Of a DNA stretch of 64,000 bases, positions 10,055 through 22,300 are shown in pieces. Both the position numbers and the translations under genes were made by a program. Position 1 is the stretch's first letter. Every line of letters begins with the position of its first letter. The stretch spans positions 2,048,001 through 2,112,000 of the forward strand of contig OY970368.1 of assembly GCA_963718615.1 (NCBI GenBank), written 5' to 3'. Under the pieces are notes generated by a model that saw nothing but the letters and a program-made list of their open reading frames with translations, ran no database searches and was not told where the DNA came from. Source of the DNA: an uncultured cyanobacterium (GTDB taxonomy: Bacteria; Cyanobacteriota; Cyanobacteriia; PCC-9006; JAAUQQ01).

Positions 10055-10214
10055 GTTTAGGCTGGCTGCAAATCTGAAATAGGATTGATTTGTTTTAAAA
10101 TTCGCCTGTAAAATTCCCCATAGGTGTTGAATCCCCCTTAGTGCGGTAGGGTACCCAACGCAACTACGTTACGATGGAAATTACGCATCTCAGTCCCTGA
10201 GGAATGGGTCGCAT

Positions 10215-10850
10215 ATGTTATTGACCGAGCTTGCCACTCAAACTCCGGCTCCCTGTAAATTGCTAATTTCACGTCGACAGTACCGAACGTGTCATATTCA
10301 TGTGCCTGATCTGGAGCAGCACTTGAGCGCGATTCAGGTGGGCGAGGATTTCTACAGTTTTTATAAAATTTTTGATGATCCCCAAAAGTTAATTCATTTG
10401 GTTTGTAAGTTGGGGAACCGAGGCGATCGCATGTCCCTCACCCGTGCCCCCAAGGGCTACACCCTCTGGGTGTGGGAGCCGGATGCCACCCCTTTACCCG
10501 GCCAACAGCATCCCGCGCTGACGGATGACCCGGCCTATACCCAGATTTTGCCTCTCCAGGCCGAATATTTTCCCTGCATGGTCACGGTTCCCGAGCTTAA
10601 TCGGCAGGTTTTGGCCCTGGGGCTCAAAGGTCATTTTTACCGCTTTTTTAAGCTAGAGAAGGACTTTGACGGCGTCATGAATGTGGCGGGGCGTCTCTCG
10701 CGCCAAGGATCAGAAACCATGATTGTGACTGCGCGCGGAATTTTAGAGAAAGTGGCCCAACACCTCGACCCGACGGTGACTCAAAGCATTGAGGGGGGAT
10801 ATGTCATCTGTGTCCGAGAAGACTCGGCCCATCTCGTGATTCCCGCCTAG
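10215..10850 (+). CDS. Hypothetical protein made of two homologous ~80-aa domains
   Basis: Y..C.I.VP.L...L.A......FY.F.K....L...G...GY...V.E pattern occurs twice. Confidence 0.75.
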   Translation: MLLTELATQTPAPCKLLISRRQYRTCHIHVPDLEQHLSAIQVGEDFYSFYKIFDDPQKLIHLVCKLGNRGDRMSLTRAPKGYTLWVWEPDATPLPGQQHPALTDDPAYTQILPLQAEYFPCMVTVPELNRQVLALGLKGHFYRFFKLEKDFDGVMNVAGRLSRQGSETMIVTARGILEKVAQHLDPTVTQSIEGGYVICVREDSAHLVIPA

Positions 10851-10904
10851 GTTCTGCTCAAATCAACCTTTAAAATTGACTGCTGATGTTTTGGCGGCGC
10901 ACCT

Positions 10905-11834
10905 GTGGATGGATCCTTAACCTACGGACTGATCAACTTTTATAAGCCTCTAGGCTGGACCTCCCATGATTGCGTCGCCAAGGTCCGGCGTCTGCTGCGC
11001 CAAAAACGGGTGGGTCATGGCGGCACGCTTGATCCGGCGGCAACGGGGGTCCTGCCGATTGCGGTTGGTCAGGCAACCCGACTGATCCAATTCTTACCCG
11101 AAGACAAAGCCTATGTGGGTCGTGTCCGGCTTGGATGGATCACCGATACCGATGACCTAGAGGGGGCAGTGATTGCCCAAACGGATGCTTCTGCGGTGAC
11201 CCTAGCCCAGGTCGAGGCTCAACTTCCTCAGTTCCAAGGAACCATCCAGCAGTTTCCCCCTCGCTACAGTGCCATCCAAATCGAGGGCAAGCGGCTTTAC
11301 GATCGTGCCCGACAGGGGGAAGTTTTTGAGGTGCCGCTCCGAACGGTTACGGTTCACCATATCCAGGTGTTGAGTTGGCAACCGGGCGATAGTGAACGGG
11401 CTCCGGAAATTGAGCTGGCGATCGCCTGTGGGCCGGGTACCTACATTCGCTCCATCGCCCGTGACCTTGGTGCAGCCCTAGGGGTCGGTGGAACCTTGGC
11501 AAGTTTGGTGCGGACGAAGAGTTGTGGATTGGCCTTGGGGGAAAGTTTGACCCTAGAGGAATTAGAGGCCCGTCGAGAGGTGGGGGAATTGGCGCTGCTG
11601 GATCCGGCGATCGCCCTTCAGCACCTCGAAGCCATTTGCCTGACCCCCGCGCTCGTTCAGCGTTGGTTCTATGGACAGCGGTTGCCGATAGAACGGTCGC
11701 CGTCACCCCATCCCGTGCGGGTTGAGGACGAAGCGGGAAGTCTCCTAGGAATTGGGGAGTTGTGTTTAGGACAAAACGGGTGTCCGATTCTGGCTCCTAA
11801 ACTGGTCTTGTCGCCGGAGACTGGAATCGGTTGA
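10905..11834 (+). CDS. truB: tRNA pseudouridine(55) synthase
   Basis: KPLGWTSHD, GHGGTLDPAATGVL, PPRYSA, GTYIRSIARDLG. Confidence 0.95.
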   Translation: MDGSLTYGLINFYKPLGWTSHDCVAKVRRLLRQKRVGHGGTLDPAATGVLPIAVGQATRLIQFLPEDKAYVGRVRLGWITDTDDLEGAVIAQTDASAVTLAQVEAQLPQFQGTIQQFPPRYSAIQIEGKRLYDRARQGEVFEVPLRTVTVHHIQVLSWQPGDSERAPEIELAIACGPGTYIRSIARDLGAALGVGGTLASLVRTKSCGLALGESLTLEELEARREVGELALLDPAIALQHLEAICLTPALVQRWFYGQRLPIERSPSPHPVRVEDEAGSLLGIGELCLGQNGCPILAPKLVLSPETGIG

Positions 11835-11870
11835 ATGGGCCTCTGCAAATCATGAGTTTAGCCTTTAGGT

Positions 11871-14800
11871 CTATTGGGTTTCTCCAATTAAGGTAAATCC
11901 AGCCCAGGCTTTTGGATCCGCATTTTCTTGCTTGACCCGTAACATCGCTTGCCGCAGCGCTTGAGCACTGTCTAAATTCTCGCCTTGCCTCAGCCGATAG
12001 AATTCCGCCATCAGCTTGGCCGTTGCGTCATCCGGGACCTGCCAGAGCGATACCATGACGCTCGCGGCCCCTGCGCCCAAAAACGATCGTGATAACCCAA
12101 TCACGCCATCTCCAGTAATTCGCCCTCGTCCGGTATCGCAGGCGCTGAGGACAACCAGTTCCGCTTGGATGGGAATGTCCAAAATTTCGCCCGCTGTCAG
12201 TAAGCCGTCATCCGCAGGGGTGGTTGCAGTCGCACTGTCGGGAGCGAGGGCGATCGCCCCCTTCAAAGGCTCACTGGAATTGAACACCCCATGGGTTGCC
12301 AAATGAATCAGCCGAGACTGGGACAGTTGCTGTTTGACGCTGCCCTCTGTCGCTGCGGCACCGATGCGCGCTTGAGTCTTGAGAATTTCGCCAATTTCTT
12401 CGGCTTCCGTCGCGGTAAACGGCAGCGGCGCAAAGGATGGCGGCATAGGGGTCGGATTGCCTACAATCAGGGACTGTTGCAGCGTATTGGGGATTTGCTG
12501 GCGGCGACGGTGGGTGGCCTCTAGAACTTGCATCGCTGGAGCAGTTTGGAGGGTATGTTGCTCGAACCAAGTAGCTGCCGTCATTGGCCTGAAGCGCTGG
12601 GAAGGGTACTAAGAAGAGTTCCTCCTGGGGAATAAAGACGATTCGCTCCTGGGCCTCTGGGGGCAAGAGATCGGCGATGGGGGTAATCAGGAGTTGGTAG
12701 AGTTGATTGAGGGGATTGGCGGCGATCGCAGCGGCTGGCGCAGCCATTGATGCAGCCGTTGATGCAGCAGCTCCTGAAGGCACAAGACCGGCCCCTTCCT
12801 CGCCCCGGCTCAACCGACTGGCGGCTCGGGCGCAGAGGCGATCGTTCATACAGCGTCGGGCAATGGCGACAGCATTCACGAGGGACGTTTTGTTTTGCTG
12901 TTGCCAAGCAAACAGATTAACTTGCCGAACCTGCACGTTACCCTCGGGCGAAAGCACCCAGATGAGCAGTCGGGACGCTTGGGGCTCTCCGGCATATTGG
13001 GGCGATGCACCGTGGGGAACTTCGACAAACTGCTCACGGGCAATGGTATAGGCCACCATCGTTGCCTTTTGCTCACGGGCAATGCGTTGCAATTCGGCTA
13101 AGTTGGGGGGAGGAACAGTGGCTTTTTGGGATTGCTGGGCCGCATTGCCTCGGGCCAAGAGCTCCACAAAGGCTCGGCCTCGGCCCCGTTCGGCAATTTC
13201 GAGGGCTTGGGCGGGTTTGTTTTGGTCGACGAGAACTTCCTGCAAATTTTGGTAGGCCGCTAGCTGGGTTTCAAAAATTGAAACCTTATAGGTATCGTTA
13301 TTTCCCAGCCCCGCCCGCAGGGATTCCCAAACGCTCAAACTCTCAAACAGACTCCGTTCTGCGGCGGCCAGTTGGTCCACTTGAAACTGAGCATCCCCTA
13401 GATTGGTTAAGGCAATCCCTTCGCCTAAACGAGTTTTGAGATCGCGCACGATCGCCAGTGCCTGTTGATTGAATTCAATGGCCTTACCATAATCTTTTTG
13501 ATAGGCATAGGTCGCGCCCAAGCCTAAAAGAGTCTGTGCAATTTCTAACTGAGAGCCAATGGCTTGAGCGAGGGTGAGGCTTTGCTGGTAGTGGGCGATC
13601 GCTTGCCCAAATTCCCCATTCAGGGCATAGGTATTGCCTAGATTTCCTAGGGTTTGCATTTCCCCATAGCGGTCTTGGGTTGCACGGACTAGGGTTAAAC
13701 TTTGCCGCTGGTATTGAATGGCCTGAGGATAGTTCTTCTTCGATAGGTAGGCGTTCCCCAAATTGCGTAGGGCTAAGGTGTACCATTGGGGTGCCGTTTC
13801 TGGAGTTAGTTGATTAAGGCTGCGGTTGTAATAGTCGATCGCGGTGTCGTAGTCCCCGAGGGCTGCGTAGGCGGCACCGATGCCCGCTTGGGCGATGCCG
13901 ATTTGGGTGCGATCGCTCGTTCGCATGGCTTTCTCAAGCTGTGTTTGATGAAATTCTAGCGCTTTAAGATAATCTCCAATGACAAAGTGAGAAACTCCCA
14001 AATTATTGAGCGAATAGAGTTCCCATTCTGAGCTTTTGTTCGCTTCTGCTAAAGATAGATTTTGTTCATAACACTGAATTAAGACATTATAAAGGCCCTG
14101 GTCTCGCTGACCGGCGGAGGTCTCTTGAAGTTGCTTGACCTGTTGGGGACAATCCTGAAATGGAATACGGGTGGGTGTTACGCCTGAAATCGTTTCGGGT
14201 CCAGGGTTGCTGTTGTTTTGGGAAGGATTAAGCGAGTCGTCTTGGGGAACGTTTGCGATTGGACCTAAATCAGGATTGCTCGGTGAAATTGGTGCACCAG
14301 CAACACCGGGATTTAGAGAATTAACTCCAGAGGCAGCAGGGTCGATCACTTCTGCATCACCCGTTGGTGAAATTTGAATACTATAGGTGACGGTATTCAT
14401 GGGGCCAATACCAAGGGGGAGGCTTGGGAAAAGAGGCTGAACACCAATGACCATCGGAATGACTGTAACCGTAAAACTGCCCCCCGGACCAAGAAAAGGT
14501 AATGTATTGGGTCCATTGGTATTAACGGAAAGACTTGTGGGTATTTTGTTTGAGGTGTCAGGATTATTCCCAAAAACGTTGCCCTGTAGACTTTGTATGG
14601 TTTTGGTAGACCAGTAAGTAGGAGGAATCAGTAATAAGTTTGGTTCTGGAATGACGCTCTTAAAAATGGAGAGATCTGCAAACCGGGCAGAAGATTCTAG
14701 GGGAATTCCAAAAATGACAGAAACGGATTGATTGACCGTCTCAGGAACTTTGAGGACTGATTCTGGTTGTGTTTGTAAATCTCGGATAATGCCTGGGGGA

Positions 14801-16533
14801 ATGCGAGGCGGGGATGGCGGATCCGGAGGATTATCAATTTGAGTGGGAACTTCAACGGTTTGCGAAACGGCGAGGCCATCGCTAACACGGAGGCTAAAAG
14901 CATTGAGATTACCGCTAATTCCGGTAGGTGGTTCGTAGGTGAGAGCGTCGGTCAGGGCGATCGCCTCACCATTACCCAAAACGACCCCATTTCTTCGTAA
15001 AATACCGCTGTTAACCGCAACGAGAGCCAACGTCAAATTATCATTGTCTGCATCTGCGATCGCTAAATTCAAATCATTCAACGTAAAGCTAAGCGGCTGA
15101 TCGACCGTCGTGGTTAACCCTGGACTTCCCGTTAAAATCGGTGCGGCATTGTTAAAGGTAATACTAATTTCATTGTTGGGACCTTGAGTGGTTGTACCGG
15201 TTGCGTTAAACGAGGTATTGGCGATCGCCACCGGAGCCCCAAAAGTCCCCACAGAAAGACCCCCTGCTGTGCCATTAATCGCCAAATTCCCCACCGTAAA
15301 GCCAACATTGTCGGGACCTCCATTATGCTGAAGGGCGATCGTTCCCGCTGTCTCTCCTCCAAAGGTATCAATCGTGGTTGGACTTCCTAATTCATTTAGA
15401 AGGGTCCCTGTTCCCTGAATCGTTCCCGCTGCATTGATTGAAACATTTCCCCCCTGTCCGGCATCGCGACTTTCCCCTTGGCTGGCTGTATTAATGGTTT
15501 CAAACTGAATGTCTCTACCCCCATTGAGTTGAACAGCGCCTGCGGCCACATTATCTGTGGAGTTTGAACGTGCAGAAGTATCGATCGCCCCCGCTGCAAT
15601 CGTACCTTGGGGCGCGGCTACGGATATGGGACCACCCTGAATAAAGTTAGCAGCTTCTTCCGTCGTATCATTGACTGCCGTACTGAGATTGCCCACTTGA
15701 ATACTAGAATCTGTGCCCGTTAAGAATTGGGGGAGCGACTGAGGGGTGAGTTCTGGCGGGAGGCGATCGCCTCCCGCCAGCGTGGAAATTTCTAGCGTCA
15801 ACACTGCCCCCGCTTGACTAATCTGAACCCGATTTTGTCCCGGTACTGCTGCAATCAGAAGGTTACCTCCGGGCGCTGTCAAATTGCCACCACCGTTGAT
15901 GTTGCCGCCTAGAAGAATCAGCGTGTTACCCGGTCGTACAGCCAAGGTTGCTTGGTTGACTAAGGCTGCTGGATCCTCGAAGGAAAAGGCGAAGGCTGTT
16001 GGATCGCCGAGCAACTGGGCGTAGTTATTCGGGCCAAAGGCATTAAACCACTGGTCTCCGAAGGCAATGCGATCGCCCGTCATCCCCAAAAACGCCGCAG
16101 GCAAATTGAGCTGGGCATTGGGACCAAAAATCAGACCCGCTGGATTGATTAAAAATAAATTAGCAGTGGCTCCCGTAATTTGAAGCGTTCCGTTAATGCT
16201 TGAAGGCTGTCCCCCCGTGATTCGACCCAAGATATTTTCAAGGGTGGGATTGGCCACAAAATTGGCCGTTTGCCCGAGGTTGACATCAAAGGTTTGAAAA
16301 CTATGAAAGAGGTTATTGCCTGCCGTCGTTCCACCGCTAATATCAACCTGATTCCCAACAGAATTGACCGTGGTTCCGGTGCCATCCGTTGCCGGGGTAA
16401 TGGCTTGGGCCAAGATCAATGGAGGCTGTGAGAATGCAGGCCTTGATAACGCAGGCTGTGATAACGCAAGCCAAGAGACCATTGCCACGCTGGGCAGCGT
16501 GAGCCAGGACAACGGAGACAGAGGCGTTAGCAT
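11871..16533 (-). pseudogene. Secreted haemagglutinin-N (TPS) / TPR / CHAT protein, split by a 1-nt frameshift near 12564
   Basis: Signal peptide, NLFHSF..NLFLINPAG, TPR array. CHAT begins in ORF 12271-16533 (LYQLLI.PI, FIPQEELFLVPF) and continues in ORF 11871-12584 (IHLATHG, LSACDTG, SLWQVPD). Confidence 0.8.
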
Positions 16534-16658
16534 AGCACTTACCCATTCAGGAGATTTGGATCCCTATGACCGCGCACCGCAATTTATGCAGTGTAGCGAT
16601 TCAATCATAGAATCGGGTCTTGCCTTTGGTTTTCGAGCTGAAATTCTCTGGCTCCGGA

Positions 16659-18407
16659 TCAATGGCTGGGTTCGTTACTCTTGTCACAGGCTTCGGGGGT
16701 GAGCATAGCGCGATCGCGCCCCGCCTGCTTGGCGGCATAGAGCCCCGCATCGGCCTGATCGACCAAAAGACTCGGCAGTTGTTCCGAGTTGGGAATCATC
16801 GTGGCGACTCCCAAACTCAAGCTCACCACCGGGGCGACCTTAGATCCCTTGTGTTCAATTTGAAGCTCCTTCACCCGCTGCCGCACGAGCTCCGCCAGCT
16901 CTAGGGCACGGTCCGTCGACGTATTGGGCAACAAAATCACAAATTCTTCCCCCCCATAGCGGGCCGCCAAATCTGTTGAGCGTTTGACAACGGATTGTAG
17001 GGCTTGGGCAACCGACCGCAAACAGCGATCGCCCTGGGGATGGCCATAGGTATCGTTATAAATTTTAAAATAGTCAACATCGCAAATTATCAACGATAGG
17101 GGCCGCTGCGATCGCATCCCTTGCTGCCAGGAGCGCTGCAGGGTTTCATTAAATAAACGCCGATTGGCTAATTGGGTCAGCTCGTCTTTGCTGGAAAGCT
17201 GCTTAAATTGACGGGTTTGATAGGCCGCTAAGCCCAAGGTGGAACCGAGCCAAACCAGTAAACCCGGTACCCAGGGTAGCCACCAACTGCCCCACCAAAA
17301 GACGATATAGCTCCCCCCGACGAGGAGACCGGTGCCCCCTAGAATCCACAGCAGGGGCCTGCGGATTTGCAAGGGCTGCCAGTACAGGAGAAAACCGAGG
17401 CTGGCGATCGCCCCCAATCCCACCCATTCGGCCCATTTCGGTACCGTGCGAATTCCCGGTGCACGGCCCATTTCTACGGCACTGATGATTTGGCTAGCGA
17501 GATTGGCATGGAGTTCCACCCCGTACATTGTGGTACCGGTGTTCTGTGGCCCATTGCTGTAGGACGTAAAGAATAGATCACCATCCGCAGCAGCGGTACT
17601 GCCCACAATCACGAGGCGATCATGTAAGAGTCCTGGCACTAACTCACCCTTGAGGACCTGGGTGAGGGAAACTCGCACAAACGGTTCTGTGGAATGACGT
17701 AGATTGAGCAAAAGCTGATACCCATTGGCATCCGCATGGATATAGCCGCCATCCTGAGACTCAAAGGCAGGAAAGGCGATACCTTGGATGGTCAAAACTG
17801 GGTCTTCGGGGTCCGGCTGGATGCCTGCGGCTGCGAGATATTCCAAGGCCAAGCGAAACCCCAAGCCCGGTAGGGCCTGATCATGATCCAAGGCCGGATA
17901 GAGCAACCCCCGCCGTATCCGTCCATCTGGATCCGCAAGAATATCGCTAGCGGCTAATCGCCCTTGGGAGCGCAAAATCTCATTACCAGGCACGGCTCCA
18001 ATTTTTTCATTGCCAACCACTTTTTCAATGCCAATCAAATTGGGCGTATTGGCAAAGACTTGGGCCAACTGGTCTTGACCCTTGCCAATGGGCAAATTGC
18101 GGTAAAGATCTAGACCTATGACCCGAGGTTGCTGGGCTGCGATCGCCGTCAACAACTCCGCCAGGGTTTGGTCAGAGATCGCAGCTTGGCCCAGTTGCTG
18201 TAAGTCTTCTTCCTGGATGCCGACAATGACAATCCGGTCGTCCCTAGGCTCAGCCACCCGAGAACGAACCATGGCATCCAAGGTTTGCAATTCGAAGGAC
18301 TGTAAACCGCCCAAACATCGCAAACCTGAGATCAGGCCAACCGTCCCCAGGCTAATCAACCCTGGAATGAGGGAGGTCAGACAACGCTGCCAATTTTTCC
18401 CAACCAT
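16659..18407 (-). CDS. CHASE2-domain diguanylate cyclase
   Basis: CHASE2 (DDRIVIVGI, IGLDLYR, GVELHA), 3 TM helices, DELTQLANRR, RSTD I-site, GGEEF. Confidence 0.9.
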   Translation of the reverse strand: MVGKNWQRCLTSLIPGLISLGTVGLISGLRCLGGLQSFELQTLDAMVRSRVAEPRDDRIVIVGIQEEDLQQLGQAAISDQTLAELLTAIAAQQPRVIGLDLYRNLPIGKGQDQLAQVFANTPNLIGIEKVVGNEKIGAVPGNEILRSQGRLAASDILADPDGRIRRGLLYPALDHDQALPGLGFRLALEYLAAAGIQPDPEDPVLTIQGIAFPAFESQDGGYIHADANGYQLLLNLRHSTEPFVRVSLTQVLKGELVPGLLHDRLVIVGSTAAADGDLFFTSYSNGPQNTGTTMYGVELHANLASQIISAVEMGRAPGIRTVPKWAEWVGLGAIASLGFLLYWQPLQIRRPLLWILGGTGLLVGGSYIVFWWGSWWLPWVPGLLVWLGSTLGLAAYQTRQFKQLSSKDELTQLANRRLFNETLQRSWQQGMRSQRPLSLIICDVDYFKIYNDTYGHPQGDRCLRSVAQALQSVVKRSTDLAARYGGEEFVILLPNTSTDRALELAELVRQRVKELQIEHKGSKVAPVVSLSLGVATMIPNSEQLPSLLVDQADAGLYAAKQAGRDRAMLTPEACDKSNEPSH

Positions 18408-18447
18408 ATTGTGCAGTCCCTGCTAAAGCGGCGGTCGAAAAGTAACA

Positions 18448-19257
18448 TTACCGCTGTGAAATCTGAAGCGAAGGCGTTTTCACCTGAGCCTGCTGGAGGA
18501 GCGAGGTCAGAGTTGTGCGCAGTTCGACTTGGTCGGGATTTTGTTCGATCGCCCGCACCAATAAGCCGACAGCGTCATACCAATAGCCCTGGGCCGCTTG
18601 GGCTGAAACCTGCTCGAGTACAGACGCAGAAGGAGAAAACTGGGCGATGCTTGCGGGCAGGCGAGTAATAAAGCTGCGAGCATAGATGCCAGAGCCAAAG
18701 AGCTCTGCCGTGGTGGTCACGGGTCGACAGGCGGAAACCACGGTCCAGCGGTAGCGAACATTGGGTTCCAGCGTAATCGATTCAGGCAGCGTCAGATGGA
18801 AAACCCCGCTGTGGTTCGCGGTCAACGCCTGGGAATAGATCGGCTGGGCCTGCTGAGGATGGGACAGCATCATCACCATGGAAACCGGCTGCTGGGTTTG
18901 CACAGACCAGGCCAGCGTCGGCTGGGCTTGGGTGGTGAGGAGGCCAGCCGGGTCCTGGGGGGCCAGGAGGCTGAGCTGAGTGGCGGGAGTTTGAGCGGTA
19001 GAGATTTGATCGGGAGACGGAATGACGCCAGGGCAAGCGGGGGCACCGGCATCGCGCCGCCCACCGGAGAGTGTACTGCCGACCCGGCCTCGGTTCTCTT
19101 TGGGACGCCATTGGACTGTGGAGGGGGAAGCACTGGCCGAGGGGGGTGGACTTGGGTGAGTTTGGGCGATCGCACTCGCGGTCATCAAGCCCCAAAGGGG
19201 AATAAAACCGCCTGTGATGGCGATCGCCAAGCCCCAGGAAGATAGCTGCTGCAACAT
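18448..19257 (-). CDS. DUF928 domain protein
   Basis: Signal-like N-terminus, GGRR..C, LLAP...GLLTT..PTL.W, YRWTV, GYWYDA; ATG start chosen at 19257. Confidence 0.8.
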   Translation of the reverse strand: MLQQLSSWGLAIAITGGFIPLWGLMTASAIAQTHPSPPPSASASPSTVQWRPKENRGRVGSTLSGGRRDAGAPACPGVIPSPDQISTAQTPATQLSLLAPQDPAGLLTTQAQPTLAWSVQTQQPVSMVMMLSHPQQAQPIYSQALTANHSGVFHLTLPESITLEPNVRYRWTVVSACRPVTTTAELFGSGIYARSFITRLPASIAQFSPSASVLEQVSAQAAQGYWYDAVGLLVRAIEQNPDQVELRTTLTSLLQQAQVKTPSLQISQR

Positions 19258-19332
19258 AAACAATCCGGTGTGAGGAAAGGAATAGGGCAGATCCACCTTA
19301 AGACTCGTAAAATTTGCCAAGAGAATTAAAGC

Positions 19333-22300
19333 TTACCAAGGATTGCCCACAAGGTTGAAGGCAGCCCAGTAAAAGGGATGGGTAAAGCGAATCGGTTCAG
19401 CATTGGGCTCAGAATTTACCTCAGAATTCACCTCAGAGGGAGGGTCTGATTCTGCTGCGGGGGGAGCAAGCCACTGTAATTCCGGGGGCAACGGAATCGA
19501 CTGGTGAGCCGTCAGTAATTGACCGTTCTCGATCCGCGTTTCGCCGTTCAGCATGTGAAGCTGGGTGGCTTGCAGGGCGGCGGCGAGTCCGTTTGCAGAG
19601 GAAACCTGACGATAGAAATCCGTCATTAAGGCCAGTGTGCCCACATCTGAGACAGACCATATACTTCCTAATACAGACTTCACACCACTGGCTGCCGCTA
19701 AGCCGGTAAAGCCCAGTTCTGCGTCTGAACTGCCAAGCGCGGTTGCGCAGGCACTAAATGTCAGTAAATCTACGTTGGATAAATCCCAGGGAAGCTGGCG
19801 GAATTTGCGGAGATTGAGTTGTTCTTCCCACAACTGAATAAAGGAATCCTGAGCGGATCCCGGTTGAAAAACGGCGTGGGTGGCGAGATGCAAAATCTCT
19901 GGCCGCTGCTGTTGTTGCTGGTTGAGCAGATTGTCCAGGGTAAAGCCTTCGTTGAGCCAGGGGCGATCGCTTCCCAAACTCTGACTAATGGTTTGCAATT
20001 CTGTCGCGACCGCAGGCAGAGGCGCTAGGGTTTGAAACTGGTCCGCCCCCATGGATAACAATTGGCGGGGGGGCTTGGCAGGGAGTCGGGCATCCATCAA
20101 ACTCATGCTGGGAACGAGCGCTAAGGCATAGCGTTCAATCACAAACGTTTCTTCATCCATCATGGCTGCGACGGGAAGCGTGCGCAGTCCTTCATCTAGG
20201 CTGAAGAGGAGCTGGGTGATCTGATTTTTTTCTAGTTCTGGTTCAAAGGGTTCGACCAACCATTGATAAAACTGTCGTCCCGTGGGTTGATAGCCATATT
20301 CATCGTCCGGGTCAGAGGCGGCCATGCGAAACAGTTGTGCGAGCGGAATGACCTGTTGCCGCTGGACGGGGAGGGTTTTAGCGATCGCTTTCCCCTCCGG
20401 TAAAACCAAAACAATATTCAAATGATCCTGATCGAGTTGGGGCGATCGCCCTTGTTCCGTCAATAAGTCTTGATCAAGCTGGTTAGGACTGGTCGCAGAA
20501 ATGCCTGTTGCTTCAGCTTTCTGACGAGCGGGGGGCCGAAAGAACGCATAGATAACGGCGCTAGCAATTCCTTTGCTGTCCCGCGCTTGGCGTAACCGGG
20601 CCTGAATTTCTCCCAAGCTCAGAGTTTCGCCGGAAGCAATGTCCCAGTAGTTGCGATAGTCTTCACTGCTATTTCGCTCGGACTGTTGCACAAGCATGCC
20701 AGCGGTCGTAGGATCGAGGGAAAGTCCGGTTGAGGGGTTGAGGCTTACCGTCTCATTGGCGTTGGTGAGCAGCGCCGTTTCTGACTGAAGCGCTAACGTG
20801 TTCTCCCACTGAGATATCAATTGCTGAGATGTCAATGGGATCAACGGTAGTTTTGATGCATTAGAGTCAGCGGTTGTTGCCGGGGACAAAGGGTCTGAAG
20901 AAGCCCCAGGATTGCTAACTGGCAACGGCGTTGGAACGGGATTCGGGTGAGCAACAGATGTTGGAATGGGGCTGGGAATGGGGCTAGGAATAGGGTTGAT
21001 AACCGGTGGAATAACAGGCTGGGTTGTCGTGAGTTGATAAGGGATAGGTGTGATCAAACCGGGGGTTGTTGCAGTGGCCGTGTAGGTTGCGGGGAGATCG
21101 GTGGCGGCGATCGCCAAACTCGCCTGCCCCCCGCTAATAGCAACCTGGCTGTTGCCCTCAGGGGTGATACCGCTGGGAACTGTAAAATTGACCCAGCCAC
21201 CATCCACCGGAGCGCCGTCGTTGCTGGCGATCGCCAAGCCAATCGGACTGGCAAAGGCCGTATTTACCTCGGTGGTTTGGGGCGTACCGCTAGCGGTAAT
21301 CACAAAGCCTTGGGATTCAAAGGCACCGATATCGGGATTGCCCCATCTGGCTAGGCCCCGTTGATCCGTGGGGATATTAGAACTGCCTTGGTCGATTGCT
21401 ACACTACCGGGCAATAGGGCTATGGTTTCTGTCAGGCCGCCATAGTTCCCGAGGGGCGCGAGCAGTGGATGGATTGGCGCAGTGTGGGTGCCCACAAACG
21501 CACTGAGGGTGAAGCCTGTTGATCCAGTTTGAATCCCAATCAGATTGTGGTTTAAATCCGTAAACGAACCAAAGAGATCGGGACCTATCGCCGCTTGATT
21601 CTGCGCCACAATCGTATTCGCAACCGTTAAAGCTCCTCCGGCTGTCCCTTGCATAATGCCGCCGCCACGACCTTGACCATCCCCATCGGCATCGGCTTGA
21701 TTATGGGCGATCGTGGCATGGATAAGTTGACCCGTTCCATAGTGATTTAAGCCGCCACCATCCCGCCCTGCTTGGTTATCCGACAAGGTAATATTTTCAC
21801 CCTGAAACGTTGAATTTTGCCCCAGGGAAATTCCGCCACCGTCCAGTCCAGCCGTATTACGAGCGATCGTCGAATTTACCAAGTTTAGGATTCCCCCGGC
21901 AGCAATGGGATTGACCCCAATTCCCCCGCCGTAGTCCCTGGCGTGGTTGTCCGTTACCAGGCTGTTTTTTAGGGTGATAGTACCCGTGAAGTTTTGAAAA
22001 TTCGGAGCCGCTAAACCACCGCCGTTAATGTCAGACTGATTGTTACTCAAGGTAACAGTATCAAGTACCAAATTACTCGAATTTTCAAGATTAATCCCAC
22101 CCCCAAATTGACCCGCTTGATTGCCTTGAATGACGGTCCGCTGAATGTTACCTTGTAATTCTAATAAACTCAGCGCACCGCCATAGAGCTGTGCTTGGTT
22201 GTTGATGAAGTTGCTATCGGCGATCGCCAAATTACCCGTATTATGCCGCACTGCGCCACCGCTGGTCGCAGTATTATTTTGAAAGTTACTCCGAAGGATG

